Shown: positions 57,252-64,000 of the stretch, piece by piece | Layout: the number at the start of each line of letters is the position of its first letter | How positions within the stretch are numbered: position 1 is the first letter of the stretch | Sequence record: NZ_KX832927.1 | Reading direction: 5' to 3' (one strand) | Length of the DNA stretch: 64,000 nucleotides | From: a plasmid | Position numbers and translations under genes: made by a program | Notes under the pieces: generated by a model | What the model was told of the DNA's origin: nothing | The model's database searches: none | What the model saw: only the letters and a program-made list of their open reading frames with translations

Positions 57252-58517
57252 TCATTCACCGCCCTCCTCAGCAAGTTCGCGGACAACAAACTTCTTGCCT
57301 CTGGCAGTAATGACGCTCGGTGTGTGCTCCAGCTCGAACCGGGTAATCAGATCTGGCGTCAGCAGATATACCGGCGCGTCAAAGTTGTCGGTGACACTCT
57401 TGTAGGAATCCCAGCCTTTGTCTTTGTCGAACTCTGTGGCGATATAGGTAATCCGTTGTACGCCAGGTTCCTGCTTAATTTCAGGCAGCTTCTTGGCGAG
57501 CAGCTCCATTTGCTTTTTGTCCAGCGGGTCGAAAACTACGACCGCTTGGGTAAATGGCCGCGTTCCAGGCTTGCAAACTTCCTTCGGATCGCACAATGGG
57601 TTGATCACGTCACCCGCGTGAGCGAACACAGTGCCATCCGGAGTGCTGATGTCACTGGTGATCATGACGCTAGGGTCAATTTCTCGTGTTCGAGATTTTG
57701 GCGCTCTGGGCAGCTCATTGAAATTCTGCTTGGTCCAGAAGCGCTCTATAGCCTGTTTCTTCTTCTCTTCCCAGTCGATATTGGCAAGGCGTTTCTTGGC
57801 AACATCAATAAGGTCTGGCTCACTGATTTTCTCCACCGGCCCCTTAACGCCGAGATCGCCTTTTTCTCCGTTATCCACTTCCCGAGCCAACCATACCGGG
57901 TCGGACAACCCGGAGACCTGGGCGACGACGTTTGGTTGTTCGCCAGGCAGCGGCTCATCCTCCAGCATCACAATCGTGGGAACGGCTGTGATGTTGTACG
58001 TTTTGAACAACGTAGGGTTGATGATGATGTTCGGCACTGGGTCTTTTTTGGCCGCGAGCGCCTGAATAGCTTTAACTCCCTGCCCCAAGTTCATTCCTTC
58101 CGGGATGCCACGGAACACAATTACAGAATCAGGCTGGCCTGACACCGCCGTTAGGACGTCATCTAACCCCTGTTCGCCAAGAGACAACGAGGCGAAAACC
58201 AGTATCCGATGGTCAGAGTAGATACCCTTTTCAGCCTGTTTCCGGTGCATCTCCTTGAGCGTTGGGTTAGTAGTTTGGAGCTGCTTGAAAAATGCCTTGG
58301 CTTCGGCCTGAGCCTCGTCCATGTGTTGGTTTTGCAACAGAGATGGCATTTCCATCTTCTGGGCCTTTTGGGCAATTTGCTTTCCTTTCTCAATAAGCGC
58401 CTTATCCTGCTCTGTGAGCGGAGACTCTTGAGCGTATGCCCCGCCAGCCACAGAGAATATCAACGCCACCAGAACGCTCTTAGAACAGGGGATATGCGCG
58501 GCCAATGATCTGATCAT
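57252..58517 (-). CDS. traW: TraW conjugal pilus assembly protein
   Basis: Signal peptide. TraW-family length (421 aa). Position between trhF and traU. Confidence 0.75.
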   Translation of the reverse strand: MIRSLAAHIPCSKSVLVALIFSVAGGAYAQESPLTEQDKALIEKGKQIAQKAQKMEMPSLLQNQHMDEAQAEAKAFFKQLQTTNPTLKEMHRKQAEKGIYSDHRILVFASLSLGEQGLDDVLTAVSGQPDSVIVFRGIPEGMNLGQGVKAIQALAAKKDPVPNIIINPTLFKTYNITAVPTIVMLEDEPLPGEQPNVVAQVSGLSDPVWLAREVDNGEKGDLGVKGPVEKISEPDLIDVAKKRLANIDWEEKKKQAIERFWTKQNFNELPRAPKSRTREIDPSVMITSDISTPDGTVFAHAGDVINPLCDPKEVCKPGTRPFTQAVVVFDPLDKKQMELLAKKLPEIKQEPGVQRITYIATEFDKDKGWDSYKSVTDNFDAPVYLLTPDLITRFELEHTPSVITARGKKFVVRELAEEGGE

Positions 58518-59010
58518 TTTTCACAGTCCCCCAGTAACGTGAGTCGAAGCTGAATGGGCTTTTGCCCATAAACCAGTAGTTATTCTCTTTCAGCGTGGTC
58601 TTGCCGTAAAAGTGGCTCTCTGGCAGATGTAGTTTCCCTGCGAGCTGGAGCCCCTCTCCGACGACATCACCATTGACGGTGATCTTCCACTTATCGTTGA
58701 TCTCGACTTTATCCCCCGGCATACCGGTGAGGATTTTGACCATGCGAGTCCCGTCCTTGTAGAAAGGCTGCATGTTCTTGGCTTGGAAGGCGTAAACAGC
58801 TCCCCTCTCCAGAGTTTGGTCGTTCAGATCAATGAGGAAGAAGGTGTAACCCGGCAGGCACTTCTCCTGTTGTGGATCAATGCCAATACGGTAGCGGCTG
58901 GCAAAGGCCGCACCAGCAGCCCAAAGAACCAGTAGTGTCACACCGGCCTTAACCCCGAAGCGCTTCCAGGATTCCTTTTTGACGAAATACTTCTTGAGTG
59001 GAAAATTCAT
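58480..59010 (-). CDS. trhF: TraF/TrhF signal-peptidase-like (S26 family) conjugal transfer protein
   Basis: N-terminal TM helix. Peptidase S26-like core. 176 aa. Located between traC and traW as in SXT/IncC. Confidence 0.7.
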   Translation of the reverse strand: MNFPLKKYFVKKESWKRFGVKAGVTLLVLWAAGAAFASRYRIGIDPQQEKCLPGYTFFLIDLNDQTLERGAVYAFQAKNMQPFYKDGTRMVKILTGMPGDKVEINDKWKITVNGDVVGEGLQLAGKLHLPESHFYGKTTLKENNYWFMGKSPFSFDSRYWGTVKNDQIIGRAYPLF

Positions 59011-59324
59011 TTCAGCACCTCATCAGGGAGGTACACGTCACTTGGAGCACCGACGACAGCACTTGCGTCAAGGACCAAATAACCTGCGTCTTTCAACTTC
59101 AAAATTGCGTCATTGGTCTTGACCATCAGTCTTTCAACTTCCTCCTGAGAGGCACCAGCGGGATACGCCGACGCCACTTTAGCGAAGTCAACCACGACCA
59201 CTGGCGGGGTTTGATTCAAACGCTGATGGATGCTTGCCGTTTGTTCGCTCATCACGTAGTAGCTACCGCCGAAGCCACCAGCGGCACCGAGAATGGCGGC
59301 GATTGCGATTGATTTAATGTCCAT
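59007..59324 (-). CDS. small single-TM transfer-accessory protein (TrbI-like?)
   Basis: N-terminal TM (IAIAAILGAAGGFGG). Coupled to trhF and traC by overlapping or near-abutting stops and starts. Confidence 0.4.
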   Translation of the reverse strand: MDIKSIAIAAILGAAGGFGGSYYVMSEQTASIHQRLNQTPPVVVVDFAKVASAYPAGASQEEVERLMVKTNDAILKLKDAGYLVLDASAVVGAPSDVYLPDEVLK

Positions 59325-59338
59325 TACTGTCTCCCTGG

Positions 59339-61786
59339 TTATGCAGCCTGCTGACGGCTTCGCATCACGGCCTTGATTGCCTCAGGAATGCTCATGCCTT
59401 GTTTCACAAACTGGTCGATGGCGTTAACGTCCACCGGATCGGTCGAATAAAGCAGCTTCTGGAAGTCGCCCACTATCAAGCGTCCGACGCCCATGCCGCT
59501 CTTCGATTTGATAAAGATTTCTGAGTACACGCCCTGGATGGTGTGTACCGTCTTGAGGGTGTGGAACCCGCCCTCTGAAAGGGTCAGACGACCGCTACGT
59601 TTAACAGATTCCACGGTTTCTTCGGTTTGGCCGAGCAAGTACATGCTGGCCGAGTTCTCCGCGATGGCGCGGCCCACTGCGTTCTCATAGAGGTCGTTGA
59701 TGGACTGCGTTGCAATGACAACGGAGCCACCGTACTTACGGAATTTGCGGTAGGCATGTTCCATGAAGACCGAGACCTCGCCCTCTTTGAGCAGGTCCCA
59801 GGCCTCATCCACGATGACGACTTTCTTGCGGTTACGTTCACCCAGGAATACTTCTTGCTGGATCTGGTAAATAAGCTGGAGCAGTACAACCTGACGCAAG
59901 TGCTTACGCCCTTGCAGTTCATCGAGCTCCAGTACAGTGAACTGGTTCTGGAAGCTGACGTTGTTCTTGCGAGAGAAGTATTTCCCGTAGCTACCTTTCG
60001 ACGTAAAGGCGTAGAGCTGCTGACCAATATCCTTGAGGCGCTGGTCGTTTTCTTCTTCCAGACAGCGCTCAGCGATGTCGTCAACCTTCATCTCTTTACC
60101 TTTCTCTTCCCACAGGCGAGAAAGGACCTGTTTCAGCGCAGAGATTTGCCATTCATCCAGCAAGCCTTTGGCCGACGCCATTGCACAAACGAGGCTGACA
60201 ATCGCGTCTTCTTCGTCCTCGTAGTTCTGTATGAGCTCGAACGGGTTGAGGCAGACGTGCGTTCCTTCTTCAAAGTGAACGAAGTCGCCATTGAGCATTT
60301 CCGACAGCTTCTGGTAGGACTTACCGGCATCAATAACCCAGACCTGAGCACCCTCGGACAAGTAGGAAAAAATCAGTTCGTTGGTAAGGAACGATTTACC
60401 CGAGCCGGATTCGGCTGCGATCACCAGGTTTTTGTTGGTATTACTGTCGTGAAGAGACAGACTCATGAGCTGGCCGTTGCGGGAAATCAGCGCTGCATGA
60501 TAGGTCCCGGTCCCCTTCCATTCCCCAAACACCGGCAGGACCACAGCCGCCTGCTCGGTTGTCATGGTCTTGTAGCGGAATAGGTCTCGCACTGCATCCC
60601 GGTCTGTACAGAATGGCAGGCAGTTGAGGAACATCGGCAGAGCAACGAACTTATCCTCCATCAGCTCGAACCGAGATTCACGCCAGATGTTTCGTGCGGC
60701 CATCGCCGCCGCTTCAACACGTTCTTTGGTTGGAGCAAATAAAACCACCGAGTAGGTGATCTTGACTGGCTTAGCCCCCTCTTTCATGGACTCATAGAGA
60801 GTGTCGAAGCTCTCCTTTTTGTCCGCCAGCACCGGCACGAATTTGAGCATCGGCCCGTAGGCTTGGTTTACAGTGAACTGGCGTTTGCGCTCCAGAGTGT
60901 TTTTCGTGCTTTCTGCCTCAGGGAAAAACACATTGGTCACAACCATGTAGTTTTCTTTGATGCTGGAGTTGCCGCCGCTGAGATCCCCGGCATAGGTCAA
61001 CGCATCACCAAAGTAGAAAACGTCAGGCAGCTTTTTCGCTGACATGACTTTCGCGTGGTAGTCCCCCAGCCTGATGCCGTTCTTGCTGACTTCCACATCA
61101 GTGCCGTAATCGAAGATTTGCTCGCAGATGGGCTTATCCATCTCCCAATCCACAGAGTCATGTCGCCATGAAGCATCCGGCCCCCAATTCAGGATGGTGC
61201 TCATGATCCGGATGTAGTTCACCGCCGTCATTGTGCGGGGACGCAGACCAACGGTTTGAAGCGATGATTCGACCTTCGTGCGAAGCTGTGCGAGCTGCTG
61301 GAGTTCGCTTTCAGTCGGGTTATTGTTCTTGATGGGGACTTTGCACGTAACGAACAGCTTGAGGTCTTGGATCAAGCCATTGTCGTAGATACCTTTGTTG
61401 GTCTTGGCAAATATGCGTTCTGTCGTGTGGTGCTGGAGGAAGTTAATCCGTTCCTTGATGACAGATGTCAGCAGCTCGTGACGGAAGCCATCACGCAACC
61501 CCATCATCCGGTACATCTCCTGATTGATGTCCGGGGAGCGGAACAGAACAAACTGGAGCGTAGTCTTCGACGGGAACTCCTGATTCAGGAAACCGTTCAT
61601 TCGCTCCTGAACTTTTTCATCGGCACCACACAGGGGCTCACACATGAAACCAAAGCCTGCACTGTGGTCATCCATAAGGAAGACATGATCGTCTTCGTCA
61701 TAGGCCAGGACAGGAATAATCCCGGCAGCTCGCAAGTGCTCCGGGATCAACGTTTCTTCGAGTTTCTTTTTGATGGTTACGATCAT
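59339..61786 (-). CDS. traC: TraC, F-type T4SS VirB4-family ATPase
   Basis: 815 aa. Walker A (AAESGSGKSF). TraC-family N-terminus. Confidence 0.9.
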   Translation of the reverse strand: MIVTIKKKLEETLIPEHLRAAGIIPVLAYDEDDHVFLMDDHSAGFGFMCEPLCGADEKVQERMNGFLNQEFPSKTTLQFVLFRSPDINQEMYRMMGLRDGFRHELLTSVIKERINFLQHHTTERIFAKTNKGIYDNGLIQDLKLFVTCKVPIKNNNPTESELQQLAQLRTKVESSLQTVGLRPRTMTAVNYIRIMSTILNWGPDASWRHDSVDWEMDKPICEQIFDYGTDVEVSKNGIRLGDYHAKVMSAKKLPDVFYFGDALTYAGDLSGGNSSIKENYMVVTNVFFPEAESTKNTLERKRQFTVNQAYGPMLKFVPVLADKKESFDTLYESMKEGAKPVKITYSVVLFAPTKERVEAAAMAARNIWRESRFELMEDKFVALPMFLNCLPFCTDRDAVRDLFRYKTMTTEQAAVVLPVFGEWKGTGTYHAALISRNGQLMSLSLHDSNTNKNLVIAAESGSGKSFLTNELIFSYLSEGAQVWVIDAGKSYQKLSEMLNGDFVHFEEGTHVCLNPFELIQNYEDEEDAIVSLVCAMASAKGLLDEWQISALKQVLSRLWEEKGKEMKVDDIAERCLEEENDQRLKDIGQQLYAFTSKGSYGKYFSRKNNVSFQNQFTVLELDELQGRKHLRQVVLLQLIYQIQQEVFLGERNRKKVVIVDEAWDLLKEGEVSVFMEHAYRKFRKYGGSVVIATQSINDLYENAVGRAIAENSASMYLLGQTEETVESVKRSGRLTLSEGGFHTLKTVHTIQGVYSEIFIKSKSGMGVGRLIVGDFQKLLYSTDPVDVNAIDQFVKQGMSIPEAIKAVMRSRQQAA

Positions 61787-62490
61787 TCAACACTCTCCAA
61801 CCATGATTTCAGGTTCTTCGGACGTCCTTTGCTGACACGACCATCCGGAGCAACCACGAACGGAACGCCCTCAATCCCAATGAAATGAGCTGTCAGCAGC
61901 GTTTGATCGTATTGGCCGGGGTCGCAGGTTTCTTTTGAAGGAAGGGAACCCAAGGTGTTGTTCATCAGCGCATCGAGCGCGTGGGTTTTGTCTTTCGCGC
62001 AGTACAAGTTCTTTGCCAAGCGGTTGGACTCAGCACCCAGAGCAGGAATCACGATAAATTTAAAGGTGTAATCATCCACCAGCGATTTGGCATCACCCAT
62101 GAGCTGATGGCAAACCGCGCATCTAGGATCGACAAAGACCACCACCTCTTTGTCACCACGCCCCATCGAAACGGTGTTCAGCGTGTCCACATCCATGCCC
62201 ATGCTCTTGAAGTGGATACGCTCCGCTACATCCCTCATTTGGGACATCGTGTTGAGGGGCTTCTTGCTCCACAGGTCGTAGATTTGTCCTGAAATAACAA
62301 ATCGCCCGTTTTCAGAGAGGAACATGATCTGCCCATCACTTTGGACGGCTCGAACCCCTTTGATGGGTAGCTCTACGATGTCCTCTATCTTCGCCGCTCT
62401 GGGATCGGTGATTTCCAATTTCGATGACGCATGAGCCGTGCCGGTAATAATCCCGAACACCATCAGCGCCCCGAGTAATTTTGTCCGCAT
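61783..62490 (-). CDS. dsbC: DsbC-like periplasmic thiol-disulfide isomerase of the transfer region
   Basis: Signal peptide. Thioredoxin CxxC (CAVC). 4-bp overlap with traC. Same position as SXT s054 / IncC dsbC. Confidence 0.8.
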   Translation of the reverse strand: MRTKLLGALMVFGIITGTAHASSKLEITDPRAAKIEDIVELPIKGVRAVQSDGQIMFLSENGRFVISGQIYDLWSKKPLNTMSQMRDVAERIHFKSMGMDVDTLNTVSMGRGDKEVVVFVDPRCAVCHQLMGDAKSLVDDYTFKFIVIPALGAESNRLAKNLYCAKDKTHALDALMNNTLGSLPSKETCDPGQYDQTLLTAHFIGIEGVPFVVAPDGRVSKGRPKNLKSWLESVE

Positions 62491-62587
62491 GTCTATCCCC
62501 TAAGATTGGATTACTGGATGCTGGGCAGTGTATCCGGGGGAGGGAAATAGACTCGCCTCTGTAATAGCCCAATTTGGACAATTCCAG

Positions 62588-62626
62588 CGCGATACAAAAA
62601 AAAGCCCGGTCTGAACCGGGCTTTGA
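62588..62626 (-). terminator. rho-independent terminator after the Ig-like ORF
   Basis: On the minus strand: AAAGCCCGGTTCAGACCGGGCTTTTTTTTG. Confidence 0.65.
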
Positions 62627-62638
62627 GAGGAATGAACC

Positions 62639-63967
62639 TTAGTTCATGGTAACAGCTTCGGATTTGCCACCAGAGTCATCGACCCCAACCAGAGAGATGG
62701 TCGGCATCGTTTCATAGGTGCCCTTGCTGATAGTCACTCGATCAGAGCTGATGCTCTGCAACTCACCGGCAATGGTCCATTCGTAGGACTTCATGCGGCC
62801 ATCGGTATCTTCGCAGTTCGCATAAACGATCCACGACCCAACGGTCTCTCGTGAGCTCAGGCTACATGCAGGCAACTTGTTCTCTGCCACATTGATGTTC
62901 ACCTCGCCCTCAGCTTCATGCCCCATTTCTGAGGTTATTTTCAGCTTGATGCTGTGCTCACCAGCGCCCAGAGTTGCTCTGCCGTAGTAACCGCTGCTTT
63001 CCAACGGCGTACCATCTACCGAGTAGACGCGAGTCGAAATACGGTCGCGTGGGTGGCCGCCAGAAATGTACGGTCGCAACAGCACATCCAGAGGCTCACG
63101 CTCGTATTTGTTCGAGCCAGAGTATTGCAGGTCGATAGCATAGGGCTCTGCCTGGCCGATCTTGAGCGGTTGCTCGATCACGGTTTCATGGCCGCGAGCA
63201 TCACGGACAGTCACCTTGATGTTGTAATCGCCCGGCTCATTGATCACAAAGGACCGGACAATATCCTGCCGCTGATCCTGAATCACTGCGCCTTCCGGCA
63301 ACTCCCACTCGTAGGTCGGTTCTTCCAGCTTGCCGTTGAAGGCAATTGGCCGCACTGACGCGGTGATCGTCGCAGGAGCCACGTCAGCGTTCTTCCTGAC
63401 CTGCATTCCGAAGCTCGGCCATACATACTGCCACACGCGGGAGCGTAGGCTATGCGAGGCTTCTGCACCCTGATCTCGGTATCCTTCGATCCAGGTGGTG
63501 TACTTCGTTTCTACAGTAGCCTGGTTGAGGTCAGTGTCCGAAGGCACGTACTCAGCAGTATCACCCTGCACAATTGAGCCATCAGGCAGCGTGAAGAACC
63601 CGTTCAGCTTCACGTCCATCCCACGGTAAGGCAGGCTGGTTTCGGCTTTGAACACATACTTCTTACCGGTCTCAATGACTCGCGGCCCTGTCACGTAAGG
63701 ACGGGGGGCCTTCACTGCTCGGAAGTCAACTGCCGTTTTCGCAACTTCATAGGCATAGCCGTCATCAGCCGGTGCAGTGGCAGAGCGCACACGAGCCCAC
63801 AGGCGGTATCGGGTTTCTTCATCGCTCGAAAGCGTGATGCTATCCCCTGTCTGCGCGTAGGTTTTGCCACCGTCAGTAGACCACTCAACAATGGCATTGC
63901 CACCGGAGATTGGCTCATCGTTCAACGTCAGGTTCGCTGTGTACTTGCCTTCACTTCCGACAAACAA
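62639..63967 (-). CDS. C-terminal part of a large secreted protein with tandem Ig-like/PKD-like beta-sandwich repeats (5' end beyond window)
   Basis: Repeating motifs of about 90 aa (YEWELPEGA..., YEWTIAGEL...). Lies upstream of dsbC, where IncC plasmids carry a very large ORF. Confidence 0.5.
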   Translation of the reverse strand: MFVGSEGKYTANLTLNDEPISGGNAIVEWSTDGGKTYAQTGDSITLSSDEETRYRLWARVRSATAPADDGYAYEVAKTAVDFRAVKAPRPYVTGPRVIETGKKYVFKAETSLPYRGMDVKLNGFFTLPDGSIVQGDTAEYVPSDTDLNQATVETKYTTWIEGYRDQGAEASHSLRSRVWQYVWPSFGMQVRKNADVAPATITASVRPIAFNGKLEEPTYEWELPEGAVIQDQRQDIVRSFVINEPGDYNIKVTVRDARGHETVIEQPLKIGQAEPYAIDLQYSGSNKYEREPLDVLLRPYISGGHPRDRISTRVYSVDGTPLESSGYYGRATLGAGEHSIKLKITSEMGHEAEGEVNINVAENKLPACSLSSRETVGSWIVYANCEDTDGRMKSYEWTIAGELQSISSDRVTISKGTYETMPTISLVGVDDSGGKSEAVTMN

Positions 63968-64000
63968 CGTGGTCGGGCCGATAACAGCAATATCAGGTTT

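Noticed and set aside
59627-60583. 318 aa plus-strand ORF inside traC; similar ORFs inside traW (57324-58142) and rhs (4545-5354, 3198-3494)
   Set aside because: Antisense to conserved transfer and toxin genes. No motifs. Artefacts of GC skew.
1-64000. Assigning the element definitively to IncC versus SXT/R391
   Set aside because: Content (rhs, dcm-type MTases, primase, large Ig-like ORF before dsbC, about 52% GC) looks IncC-like. However, the gene order I remember (traN ... ssb/bet ... traFHG ... dcm ... rhs) and the absence of traF/H/G here cannot be reconciled without a database comparison.

Overview
This 64 kb window is a segment of a large conjugative element of the SXT/R391–IncA/C (IncC) MOBH / F-type T4SS family. 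Its G+C content is about 52%. Almost all genes lie on the minus strand. The right end holds a transfer-gene block: a partial Ig-like-repeat ORF, dsbC, traC, a small TM ORF, trhF, traW, traU and traN. An IS1 copy with a 9-bp target duplication sits between traW and traU, and a short EAL-domain ORF is translationally coupled to traU. Left of traN there is an inserted module of two large tyrosine-recombinase-like genes, two small genes and a RecD2-like helicase. Next comes an integron: an intI-type integrase, an attI region and eight minus-strand cassettes. The cassettes are dfrA-like, Ere-like esterase, DinB-like, Cys-rich, a 110 aa ORF, a GSN-repeat secreted protein, HIT-like and GNAT. The integron is flanked by 24-bp imperfect direct repeats. 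Further left is a long co-directional array typical of the leading or maintenance region of these elements: cobS-like AAA ATPase, ssb, bet, exo, a vWA protein, two orphan DNA methyltransferases (N6A/N4C-type and C5-type), a PAPS-reductase-like giant ORF, an HD hydrolase and a primase. This array is punctuated by at least 8 copies of a conserved promoter-like box and by a pervasive TAACCC-N-GGGG intercistronic motif. The left end carries a complete rhs/YD-repeat toxin with an immunity gene and AT-rich orphan ORFs, abutting the truncated 3' end of an IS91-family (ISCR-like) element. No rRNA, tRNA or CRISPR was found. Family assignment, domain calls and names rest on motif recognition by eye; no database search was possible.
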